From assembly GCA_964234715.1 (NCBI GenBank), contig OZ174283.1: a DNA stretch of 64,000 nucleotides. One strand, given 5' to 3'. The stretch is from Podarcis melisellensis. Taxonomy: Eukaryota. The notes beneath the pieces are model-generated. The model saw only the letters and a program-made list of their open reading frames with translations, was not told the DNA's origin and searched no databases. The position numbers were made by a program, and so were the translations under genes. The first letter of the stretch is position 1, and each line of letters opens with the position of its first letter. This document shows, piece by piece, positions 35,719 through 48,011 of the stretch.

Positions 35719-38351
35719 GTAAGGGGAAAAAAGAAAGTGAATATTAAACTGTGTCAAAATTGAATAAAAGACACCATGCTGTTTGAGCACTATAATCCTC
35801 AAAGGCTTACGTGGCATTAAAAAATATTTAAATGCACTTTGTAAAGACTATTTTTTATTCACATGATATCCATAGATGCTAATTCTGCTCTTGCTTGGTG
35901 CATTTGCTAAAGATTAGGTCTGAATTTCGACATATCCTAATTGGCTTTTCATAATGCAAACTAAAATAGGAAGAAGGGTAGACCTAATCAATAAATAATA
36001 GTATGTTGAAACCCTTTTTTAGAATTGTAACTTTCCCAGTGGAAGCTCTGGAGATTGGATTTATACCGGCACCCTGCCTCAAGGCAGAAAGTGAACACTG
36101 TAATAAAAAATAGACTGTGAAATAAACAGAAGAACAGGTGATATAAATTATGCATACCAAGCACCAGTACAATTTTACTTCTCTTTAATATTAACCATGT
36201 TTTATATGTGAAGATAAAATATTGAATGTGAAATTACCTCAGGTAAAACCCATTACATTTCATAGAGCCAAAAAAACTCTAGGTGCTTATGAAATTTTTT
36301 GATAAAAAAAAAATCTCCTGCGGTCCAGAAATATGTAGCCAGTTTAAATGATGGACAAAAATAAATGGAATGTAAAACAGAAAAGCCCTATCTGGTATTT
36401 AGGAAAATAGCGATTATAAATTTTAACTGTTCAAAGATCAAAAGGCCATGCGCCATCAAGTTTCCAGTTACTGGCAGGGAATGAGAAACTTTAGAACAGT
36501 TGCTCACTCATGACAATTGTTCTAAGGCATCTTTGTAACTTCTCTGGTTTTTAAATTAAAGAATCAGGATGGTTTCATGTGCTATATAGGTCAAGAAGCC
36601 ACCACCTGCATCAGTTTCCCAAGCTGTATTCTCACAGCAGAAACCATATTCACACAACCCATAAAATTGTATCAGCATATACTTTCTTTCCTGTGCACAG
36701 GCCCTGAACACAGGAGGAGCGAGTGCATTGGAGAAATAGCTCTAGCTTCTTCCCTCCTCCATTTTCTTGCATTGCAGGTCACGGGAATGTAAGACCATTT
36801 ATACCAAATCAGACCATTGACCTAGCTAGCTCAGTACTGGCAACACAGACTGGCAGGGAGTCTCAGATGGGGCCTCTCCCACTCCTGCCTGGTGATGCTG
36901 GTGAACCCACAACCATTTGCATGCAGAGCATGTGCTCAACCACTGAGCCATGGCTCTTCCCCTTCTGCTCTGTCCTTTCCTGGCTCAATAGCCATCTACC
37001 ACTTCCACCTGCCTAGTCTAGGAGTCTAGCACTTGAGGCCCAGGTGCCAAATCCAGGCCGCCTCCTCAGCCCACACCCATCACTGATCCTGCACTAAGCC
37101 CTCCTCCTGTAGTTTTGTCTGACTGGAATATGTCTTTGAACCATAATAACGCCTCTCACTTGCCTGGAGAGATGCATGTGTAGAAACCTCTGGCTTACAT
37201 GCGGCTGGACTGTATTCTGCTGTACAAAAGAGTCACTCTCATTGCCCCATCCACCACTGCTGTGCAGCCGCCAGAAAATTGCCTAAGAGGGAACACTGCC
37301 CACGGCAGAGGGAAATGTTCCCTGGCACAGCCTGCTCATCCCTCAATTCACTCAACTTTTGGTACCATTCTGTGTGGCCAACATTCAGGGCATTGGGTCT
37401 TTGAAAGCTTTGAAATTATTCTCTTTACGTTATGACTAGGTGAATGAACAAATTACTGCCTTTTAAGTACTTTTAAATATGTACACACCTCCACACAGGG
37501 CAAAGGGAAAGGGACCTTGGTTACTGAATGCCAGTGGAGACATATTATTAAGTGATCCACTCCTCACTTAATAAGTGCCACTTCAACCAATTATGTATGT
37601 AACTTCGCTTTATGAGAAGCATTAAATGTTCAAGGTAAAGGACAAGAAGCCTACAATAGGTTTATCACCACCTAGCTTAAGTTTCCATGTTGGATAATAG
37701 GAGAATATAACACTGCAATTATTACGTAAGTGATGTAATGTGCGAGGAAACTCATGATCTGAGGTCTTTCAACCTTTCTGCAAAAGGAATGATTCGGAGG
37801 GAAATTGCTAGAAATGTTTAGATCAATAACAAGTGCAGTAAGCCTTTCAAACAATGTTTTTTGTCTGTAAGGTAAGAGCTGCACTGTGAGCTTAGCTAGA
37901 TGTAAATAAGGTTTTTTCATTTTAACCCTTGCCTAACATTTATTTGCCTCTGTAGCCTTTCCCCATCTGGAAAATGTTTACGCTACAGCTTTGTACAACT
38001 GGTTTCATGATGGATTAATTAACATACGATATACTTGTGCAAATGCCAAGTATTAAGCATAATAATCCTTTATGTACCACCTTTTAAATTTCTTTGGAAT
38101 GATTCAGTGCTAGAGACTCTTTTTTTGGATTCGAAAAGAGACAGACAAAAATGAGAAAAACATCAAACAGTATCAAACAAAATAGCACTTGTAACAGTGG
38201 AATTCAGTATGTGGATTCAATTAACTCTTTGGCAGTGTCGGTTGTGGCATATCCTATTGTCAGCTCCAGGCATTGTGCCAATAAATGCATGACTGTTGGA
38301 ATCTAGGGGCTACAGATGGTTTGTAAAACTTCTGTCTGTTCTTGTTTTCAG

Positions 38352-39107
38352 CCAATTTCTGGAGTGCAACAACAAGTGGCAAGGCAAGCAAAGGCTTTCC
38401 TGTCCCTAGGAAAGATGGCAGAAGTCCAGATCAGCAAGCGCAGACCCGGCGGTGAGAAATCGTGGTTGTGGTTCGCAACTGTGAAGTCTTTGATTGGGAA
38501 AGGGGTTATGCTGGCTGTCAATCAAGGCAAAGTGCAGACTAATGTGCTTAACATTGCAAACGAGGATTGTATCAAAGTGGCAGCTGTTCTGAACAATGCA
38601 TACTACCTGGAAAACCTGCATTTCACCATTGAAGGAAAGGACACACACTATTTCATCAAGACCACCTCACCAGAGAGTGACCTGGGCACGCTGAGACTGA
38701 CTAGCGGACGGAAGGCCCTAGAAAATGGTATCAACGTCACCGTTTCCCAGTCTACCACTGTAGTGAACGGCAGGACTCGTAGGTTTGCCGATGTTGAAAT
38801 GCAGTATGGTGCACTGGCTCTTCATGTCCGCTACGGCATGACACTTGATGAGGAGAAGGCACGGATATTAGAGCAGGCTAGGCAAAGGGCTCTTTCCAAT
38901 GCCTGGGCCAGAGAACAACAAAGAGTGAGAGATGGAGAGGAAGGTGCCAGGTTATGGACAGAAGGGGAAAAGAGGCAACTGTTGAGTGCTGGAAAAGTCC
39001 AAGGATATGATGGGTACTATGTACTCTCCGTGGAGCAATACCCCGAATTAGCAGACAGCGCTAACAATATACAGTTCCTTAGGCAAAGTGAGATTGGAAA
39101 GAGGTAA
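38352..39107 (+). CDS. TENM3: TENM3 terminal coding exon (C-terminal ABD and Tox-GHH-like domain; PISGVQQQ...RQSEIGKR*)
   Basis: gttttcag|CCA ATT TCT, then 252 codons ending TAA at 39105-39107. Classic teneurin C-terminus. Confidence 0.98.
   Translation, partial: PISGVQQQVARQAKAFLSLGKMAEVQISKRRPGGEKSWLWFATVKSLIGKGVMLAVNQGKVQTNVLNIANEDCIKVAAVLNNAYYLENLHFTIEGKDTHYFIKTTSPESDLGTLRLTSGRKALENGINVTVSQSTTVVNGRTRRFADVEMQYGALALHVRYGMTLDEEKARILEQARQRALSNAWAREQQRVRDGEEGARLWTEGEKRQLLSAGKVQGYDGYYVLSVEQYPELADSANNIQFLRQSEIGKR
38976..39095 (+). other. TCAP-3 (teneurin C-terminal associated peptide) coding segment, 40 aa [40 protein letters not shown]
   Basis: Preceded by dibasic KR and followed by a GKR amidation-type motif and the stop codon. 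Matches the established TCAP layout. Confidence 0.85.
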
Positions 39108-39809
39108 CACACTGGTTGAGCCTGGGCTGCCAAAGAGACTGACCCTGTACCAGTGTCTTCTGAGAGGGAGACCAAATTGTTTTGCTGCATTACTACTTGA
39201 GCCTAAATGTACACCTTTGCTCAGATTTTTCTGTAGCACAATCCCAATAAGACTCTACAAGAAAGAGAGAGCCTTCCAGAAGAATGATATTGCTAAAAAG
39301 AAAAACTGGGAGCTGTTTTTCCCTACTCTGAATGACCTTAAAGGTGATCTGCTTTAAAGAATATGTTTACATATGCATATCGCTGCACTCGAGTTGGACT
39401 GAAAGTATTACAAGGAAGACCTAAAGGGTTTGCAACAAGCTGCCTATTCTTTTGAGGCACTGTCTTTTAACTAAGAAACAGATCCATACAGTGTTTCCAA
39501 ATATTACTAAATTGTTGACCTTTGCTTACAAGAAACTAGTCTCTCTCTCCTCCTCTCTCTCTCGCTCTCTTCCTCTCTCTGCATAGGATGTGGTATATAT
39601 CTTTGTTCATTTTAAAATGTGGGGCAAAAACTCTTGTTTATGGACACCCCAATGGCTTTAAACTGTGCTTCTTTCTAAAAGGACATTGGCACAAGCAATT
39701 TATGCTACAATGGGAATTTAATAATGGATTTTACAATGATAACGTGGTTTGCCTTGGGTGGGGTGGGGGAATGGCAAGTAGAATCCTTGTCACAGAGCAG
39801 CAAAGGAAA

Positions 39810-39941
39810 NNNNNNNNNNNNNNNNNNNNNNNNNNNNNNNNNNNNNNNNNNNNNNNNNNNNNNNNNNNNNNNNNNNNNNNNNNNNNNNNNNNNNNNNNNN
39901 NNNNNNNNNNNNNNNNNNNNNNNNNNNNNNNNNNNNNNNNN
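39810..39941. other. Assembly gap (132 N)
   Basis: Run of N flanked by A-rich sequence. Confidence 1.
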
Positions 39942-42731
39942 AAAATAAAATGATAAAAATGTGCAGTGTGTGAATTTTTTTAAAGGAATTGCACCTTTTG
40001 TTATGTTATAGCTGTACAGTATAAAGAGTTATATTGTAGAGATATAACAGTGTATACAAATGGACAGAAGTGTTAATATTTTTGTATTAGCTTTAAAAAC
40101 AGTGCATTTTTCTCTTTCAATTGCTTGTGGGAAAGGTTGGTGTGGGGCAGCCACTCCGCCCCGCTTCCTGTGCCCTGCTTGGCCCTCGCCACTCGCTGCT
40201 AAGAGGGAGAGCAACTCAATAAGATTTATGTATGACAGTAGAAGACTTTTGTAGGCTGGGCTTGCCTTGTCCTCTTCCAGCCCTAAAGGTGTATTTATTC
40301 ATTTTGCGGCTCTGTTGTGTATTTTTAAAATGTGGGATGTAAAGCTGTGTTATGTGGTGAAAGGAGCAATCCTATCCATGTTGACACAGAGAGTTTAGTC
40401 TCATTGTGTTCAATGGGGCTCGTTTTCTAGTGAGCGAGTTTAGGATTGCAGCCTCAGGTGCTCTGCAAATGTACATGAATGGAAAGTTGGTGCAGTGCTC
40501 ACTGCCACAACGACATGGCTCCTGCCTATGTCTTCTGAAAGAAAGGTTTTCAGTATTTCACTGGAAAAACACAGAACAACATGGGTAGGTGGAAAAACAA
40601 GTTAAACTAATACCCTAGCCTTTAAACCTCTTGTCCACCAAAAAGAGTCACAGACACACACACATATGAATTGCAAGAAAAAGGAAGGTGAGAGTATTAA
40701 TTTAGTGCCTAATCCACATCATAAAGCTACCATACAGTTTGGCAGGGCTTTTTTCAGGTAGAGCCTCACAGGAACTTGGTTTCGGCACCTCTCAGATGGG
40801 TGGCATTGCCATTAGAACAAGGGAGGCATTCATGGGGAGTTCCAGAACCTCTTTTTCTAGGAAAAAATAGCACTACAGTTTGGCATGACCTGCTCATAAG
40901 GACAGTCCAATCTAATATGGTTGGACTCAAGACATGCAAACAGCAGAGGTTAACACAGGCCCTTTTGAGGCAGGTTTCAATACTGGGCATCTGCTCTGGA
41001 ACATCTGAATTAACAATCAAGGGGAATGCTTCTGATATGAATATGTTCCAAGTGCATCTCTCAACACAGTCTTCTGTCCCTGATCTTAGATGGGGGGGGG
41101 GGGACAGAAGTCTCATACCAAATGATAGAGCTCTCTGGCAGGTTTGAACTCCAGCACCTAACTTTATAACAAAATCACATCACTGGGAGACAGTGGCTCT
41201 TAGTATGCCTGAGACTGCTTTCAGAGGAATCTAGGTCATGTAATCTCACAATATGCATTCTATTTCAGTAGAACAGAATTCATCACTCTTCCAAAATTCT
41301 GAGACTCTCAGCTTCCAGTGTGCTGGGTTTTTTTATAATAAAAAAAACTACCATTCAGACTTGCAGAGATAACATTAAGAAATAACATTCACGTATGTAC
41401 TTCCCACTAAGCCTTCCTGTGCTAGAGAATCTGCATTAAAGTGTTCCTTGGTTTCTGGCCTCTGCTCATATGCTGCCCCTTCATCAAATTTTATAACTAC
41501 ACCAGTTCCAAAAAGCTCAGCACTTGTAACTGGACTGAAACATGCCTGATTAAAAATGCAGTGGGAGGAGGTTACATCATTTGTAAGTGGGCAGGGAAAG
41601 ACAAAGAGGGGCATCTTATTTTTAGGGCTACTCCTTCCCACATTCCTCAGTATTTCTGGATAAGATCCCTTGTTCCTGAGTGCTGCTTTCAGCCACAAAA
41701 TGACTAAAATATTGTGGGGTTTGTTTGGGTTTTTTGGGTGGGTGGGGGAGAAAGGTTAATTGTGCTGTACTCAGTATGCAGAATGGCAACAAATGGCAGG
41801 TGAATGTGTCTTAAATACCTGAAGGGGTGAAATAAAAATAGTTTCCTAAATGCTTTCTGCACCGAGATTCTATAGTATTATGTGTGCTCTCAACTGCACA
41901 GTAGGAGTCTTGTCAAACAGGCTGTGAGTAGGTCAAGCAAGTTACTGAATCCACACTATCAGTGCTGTTGCTATTCATGTACCCCTTGGGTAGAAGCTAC
42001 AGAACTGCTGACATTTAGAATAAAAGCTGTTATTTTATTAAAGTGCAAATTAACAGTTAAGTTTGTTTTTATTTTTCAACCTTCAAAGAGCCCAAATTTA
42101 GCAACTATGATTCATGAAACCCACAGCTCAGTGCCATTATTTCACATATTATTTTAATCTGGGAAATGTATGGGGATTGCAGTTCTGTTAACTCGGATTT
42201 AACAGCATTGTACTAGAGGTTTGTCAGCTCTAACTGTGGAATTAGGTTCATGCTCAAAAAATGTAGTGGAATGTTATTGACTTGGAATACCGCAAACATA
42301 TCCAGTGTGTTACATGTCAGAATAGAATTAAAGCTTCTACTTCCTGTGCCCTTGTTCCTTCTCCCTGGTTTAGGCACGGGTAGCCCCCAAACTATAGTTT
42401 CTCTTGATGGTCATCTAAAGGCCCAACCAGCAGCCTTTTCTCTAGCTATAGAGAAAAACAATCATTCTGAGATGGACATGCTCCTACATGAGACAGAGAC
42501 TTTGGGGGATTTGTAAACAAGAAAATTTAAAAGAAATGGAAAAAAATGTATTAAAATAAATACCCTACAAAAATAAGGAGATTCAGAGTATTTTAGGCAA
42601 AATGCTTTCATGCTATTTTGAAATGTAAATTTTGTCTGATTTGTATTGTTCTTTTAATTTGCCTTCTGAACTTTATATGTGTCCTGAATTTTTCCACACC
42701 TTGATGACTATAGATTGCATCTCGGCTTTCC

Positions 42732-42737
42732 AATAAA
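42732..42737 (+). terminator. Candidate polyadenylation signal AATAAA
   Basis: U-rich/TGTA-containing sequence upstream (42600-42700) and tgtgtctgcgtttagatttgttttc ... tgtgtgtc downstream. Confidence 0.55.
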
Positions 42738-45649
42738 AGCCAAGCCAATGTGTCTGCGTTTAGATTTGTTTTCTTAACTATGTGTGTCAGACATTATAAC
42801 TGTGTTATTGCTTTTCTGTTCCTACTTGTAGATGCAAAGTGATCCAGTACTGCTAGTATTGATTCATTTGCTGCCCAGTTGGGAGTTGTTTCCTGCCCCC
42901 TCTGCCCAGTGGCCCAGACTGCTAGCTCAGCAAGGCAAATTACTCCATGGGATCTCTCTAGCGGCCTACTTTACAGAAGCATTAACTACACCTCACATTG
43001 TTAAGCATCATAAAGCTAAGAGAAAATGAAAAATGAAGGCTTATTCCCTTTCATATTAAAAAACACAGCACTTAATTAAAGCAGCTGATTATATATAACC
43101 AGTTTGACACTGATAAGTCATTCAAGGCCTGAAGAGCCTTCAATCCAAATTCACACCATTTGCTGAAAAGTGCTACCTTCAAAACACTCTGCATGTTTTT
43201 ATGTTAGGTAGAATAGGCAGACTTCATCACATTTGCTTTGTAGTGACAACTGTAGCTTGACAAACATGCTCATCCATCCCAAATTGGTTATTCTATGTCA
43301 CCTTTTTAAAAAAAATAATGCTGATTACAGACTTGGTATTTTCACACAGATGAGAGAAACAGATCTTCCATTTTACAACGGGAAATAATGTCATCCTGAA
43401 AGCATTATTAGCGTTTTTATAGAGTAATGACTGAATGCAGCAACAACAGTACTACAATACTTCACACGTGTATAACACTTAAGAATGTTCAAAGTGCTTC
43501 ACATTGTAACGTATCCTTATAACAGCTGTGTTAAGCCAATCTATAATTATTGCCATATTATAATACTGCCAGAACGCTAATAAACTACTGATATAAAAGG
43601 GGGAAATCCTAGCTTGGAGCCAAGCCCAGCTTTAGGACAGCAGCAACATTTTGTCTCAAATACGAGTCATGAGAGTTTACTATCTGAGGATATACTACAC
43701 TGATTTTACTGAAGGAAACATTAAGCATCATAGCCCAAACAACACATTTTCTGTTAATGGTTGGTCTGCCTCAGCAGTGGACCACCTGTGGGGTGGGGGG
43801 CTGAGTCATATGACCAGACTGGGGTGTGCTGAATGAATCCAGAGCCAGACTAGATTACATAGATGACAAAAAGTTATAGATGCTCTACCAGAAACCCAGA
43901 TTAAAACTCACATTTATGTACCACTGTACTGAGAAGCTGTATCTTGGAGGTAGGGTGAACTGTGTGCTTCGTAAACGATGAAGCAAGCATGCCCATCACG
44001 GCAACACTTGTCAAACCTAGCCTACATCCATTTAGGTCTGCAGTGGGGAATATGTGGCTCTCTACCTGTTGGACTGTAACTCCCATCATCCCAGACCTCA
44101 ATCAGATATCTGTTATAAAGACCTGGGTTACAGACCTCTCCACTAAGAGGGGGGTACAAAAAAAGCAATCTCACCTATTTGTGCAAAAGAAAACTATATT
44201 TTTAAAAAAATAATTACAAGTACTATTGCAGCCAATAGCATTTTCAAGGGCAAGTAGTTCTGGGCATGATTTTCATCAGGAAAATGACACAGGTTTGTTT
44301 TTTTTTTAATGCCATGCTGTGATTTTATTATGATTTTGTATTATTATTGTGAATTTTTTACATCCTATGAAACACGTTGAGCACAAATGTATTTGTGGGA
44401 AATGTGGTATATAAATAAATAGACTATGGCTTGCCTTTATTACATACACAGCCCAATAAACCCCTTGACAGCATACAAATCAATAGGACTAATTTAACCC
44501 AACAACCCACACCCCCTTCATACACACAAACAAAACTTACTGCAATCAGCTAAATGCAACCAACCATACTCTAGGCTCTCCAATCTCTTGCACTGCCAAC
44601 AAAAACAGACAGATAAATAACTTATCCTCACAACACTGGCACAAAACCTCTGCACATACACTAGGCCAAAGAATGGAAAATCACTACCCCCTTATTTCTC
44701 CCCCCCACACACACACTTCACAATGTCTGTGACAACTGTGTCTCACACCAAACATAACTGATCTGTAGAAAGGACTCGATGCATTGAAAACAGAGAGATC
44801 ATATGTACCCTTGTTAACACTGAAAACCCTTTTAAGGAAAACAACTTTAAGAGATGGAAAGAAAATAAATTGACTATGACTATGATCCAGAGCCAGACCC
44901 ACTGCAGGTATTCATATTAAATAAGAAGATGGCCAGTTGCAAACAAGCGTATGTTTGACAAAATGCGTAGATTGGCCCCTCAATCTCTTTTTTAGATTGC
45001 AGCCATATGTACCCAGCCCTTTCATTTGACAAATTACATAGCACCTAGGGTGTCCTGCTCTGAATTTGGAATCAATAATAATGAACAGTATTAACTGTAT
45101 TTGGTCTCTGAAGCAATGGCATAGACTCTATGGTTTGTGAACTGCATGGACCACCAGTGTTTTAACAAGTCCCTAAAGTGTGTTAAAAGTTATTTTGGCT
45201 TTTAAGTTCTAGAAATTTGATCAGAACCCACAAACTTTTGTCTGGAGGTTTGATGTACTGGCACCCTGACAAATAAACATCACTTGTAAATGTAAAAGTC
45301 TAGCCAACAGAAGGAAACTTTTTTTTTAAAAAAAAAAAGCAAGCCTCTTTTGTACTCTATATTGCTGAAGAATGGAAGACTAGTGAAATCTTGGCATTGG
45401 TAGTAGGGAAGGCAGGCTATGATTTTCAAGATGGCCTTCATTGTTGACTTTACAAGTGCTTTAGTGCCAAATTTCTCAAACTACTGAGCAGGAGAAAAAT
45501 ATCTGCTGAAGATTTGCATAACTGTAGATGTAGTGGCATTTGCATTTTTGCAAGTATAAACAGGAATATATTTTATAGAGATTTAAAGTTATTGTTAAAT
45601 TACAAAATGTAGAATGGAAAGCACATAACTCCAACGCTCAGGAGTATGC

Positions 45650-45970
45650 CCTGGTGGCTGCTGCTATGCTACTGGGCCAGCTTCAAGGTTAGTGATCCCC
45701 CATGGCTTGGATGTATGGCTCACATCCACCAGGGGGCATGTGTTTAGTCTGAGGTTCCAATTTTATGGAAGTCCCTCTTCCAGTTGAGGTCAGATAGGCC
45801 TCCTTTCTATATGACTTCCACTACCTACTGGAAAACTTTTCCCATTCAAGCAGGCCTTTTAACTGAAGTTTTATTTTATAGGTAGTTTTGACCTATTTGT
45901 ATTATAACCTAATAAACCACTTAGGGACTACTGTAGTTAAGGTAATATGGAAATTGTTCCTATAAATAAA
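45650..45970 (+). mobile_element. Decayed L2-like LINE 3' fragment
   Basis: tggctgctg...ctgggccagcttcaaggtt...tggaagtccctc...gaggtcagataggcctcc...aagcaggcctttt...tataaataaat parallels 54625-55040. Confidence 0.55.
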
Positions 45971-47826
45971 TGTCGTGAATAGGGGTGCTGCTACCAAACA
46001 GGCAGGTATCACCACTCATGCCCCATCCAATGAAGGGAATGAGATATGGCAACCCCAATTTAAATGTGCATATTTCAAAAGGTAAAAACCAGCAGACCCC
46101 AAAAGTTGATCTTTTTTAGGAAGACCCCAACATTTTTAGGCCAGTATCTAACATCTTTCTAGTGCTCAGTCGCTGTCCCACCACCACCACCACTTTTGTA
46201 TGAGGGTCTCTTCATGTTACTAATAACTTTGAGTAAACTTTTCTATTAAATAACTTGACTTCAAATTATGTCATGGAGGAATAGGAATTCCTGGGGTCCT
46301 CCATAAGAGGAAAAATAGATTCAGAATTAACCAATTACCTAATGGTGCATTTTAGAGTCCATGGCTTCTACAAAACAAACTTAATACGTTCGGGACCAAG
46401 ATAGGGTAAAATATTATAAAGCTATTATTGAGGCTACTACAGAGGGGGAAGTTGGTTTGCTTGCCTGTGGCTCCTAGGTCACTTCCAAATAACCTGTTTG
46501 TTGAGCATTTATCCTGATTTGTTCCTGGAGAGGTTATACAAATGTGCACCAAGCAAGTGTTAACCCACGCTTCTAAGTAAATTTCCTCTTCACTTTCCCT
46601 ATCACAAAAAGTCGGGTGGGGGGTGCGTAGGAGTGCCAAATCAACTTTAATTGTTTTACCTAATTTTGCTGGCATGGAACAATGTTTGAAGAGACTCATT
46701 GTTCCCTTGTAGCTTAGGGCAGCCATATGTCAACAACTTTCAGGTTTTCCTAAAATAAAGCTCAAGTTTTGAGGAAGCAAAACTCATTCAAATACTGGGA
46801 CCCTTTACCTTAACGTTATTACTGGATACGTCCTCTAACTAGCACCGGCAAATTGTTCCAGGGGATGAAATTACAGGATCTAATTAATCTGAGACACTTA
46901 GGAACAGAAAACTCACACTTGACCCCCTGGGAATGTGTTGTTTCTATCCCTCATTGAAATTGTACCCATACAATTTAAAAGGCAATGAAAGCAATAGGTT
47001 TTTCACAGGAATTACGCTAAAACCTATCAGGTTTAATAGAAAATGGGAGCCTTCCCCTGGGTTGCTTGTTTTAAAGCCACTGCAGAAAATTCTACAGCAG
47101 AGACAGAATCTGTCTGTTGCATTTTATAGCTAAAAGATTATCGCATTCTATATGACGGTTCAAATAATCTTCACAGGACAGGGCAAACTCATGTTGTGCA
47201 CGTGGAATAGCTATCATGGAGAGATCGCTTTAAATGGCCCCTTCCGGGCATTCATGTGCAGTTCTTGCCATGAGAATCAGGATGTTTTCCATGCTACACC
47301 TCCAGAAAATCTCTGATGGTGTTATGGGAAAGACAACATAAGCCGGTCCATACAAATGGCTCATTTGTGTTGAGACAGACACCCAGGAGTAATTTCAAGG
47401 GGGCTCCTAGTAGGTCCAGAAGCTCTTGAGATACCTTGTCACCCATCTTCAGTTATTCCCGCCCATCCACCCAACACAGTGCTCTCCTCTACTGATGAGC
47501 TCTTCCCCACTACTGCTTTTCCAGCTGAAACTATTTTAAAGCCATGTGTCTTCTGATGGGTGTATATGACCAGGGAAGGAGTAGTTAGTAAAAAGTAGAC
47601 TCCCAAGGGAAAGCATAAGCAGAGCAGACAATTCCAAATCCTTTCTCCTGCCCCAAGTGCTACACTTTTAAATTGCCTCCCAACCTGCCACTTGAATGAT
47701 TCAGTGGCAAAAACTCTTTTTGCACACAGATCTGCCAGCATCACATCTAGTTTGATCCAGATTTCACAAAGGCCAGAGTGCAAACCGACTCTGTGTAGTG
47801 CAAGAACTGTGGATCTCTACAACCGT

Positions 47827-48011
47827 CAGGGGTACCAACTTGAATAAAATATGGGGGGTCAGGTAAGCCCCATCCCGCACAATCAGTCACATGACATGGC
47901 ACACACCATTTGAATGGCAATGTCCATCAACTTTGGGGGAGGGGCAGACCCCTCAAATATTTTATGGGGGGGGGTGAAGGTACCTCAGCCCAATGCTACG
48001 ATCAGCTCCTG
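47827..48011. mobile_element. Probable hAT-type MITE (CAGGGGTACCAACT...AGCTCCTG)
   Basis: CAGG/CCTG termini and an internally repeated aaatat...ggggg motif. The TSD is not clear. Confidence 0.4.

Larger units (their letters stand above)
39108..42760 (+). other. TENM3: Probable TENM3 3' UTR (~3.6 kb; end inferred)
   Basis: Follows the stop codon and is AU-rich. The best AATAAA is at 42732-42737, with GU/U-rich sequence downstream. Other AATAAA hexamers exist (e.g. 41831). Confidence 0.55.

Noticed and set aside
39588-39953. ORFs spanning the N run
   Set aside because: Artefacts of the assembly gap within the 3' UTR.
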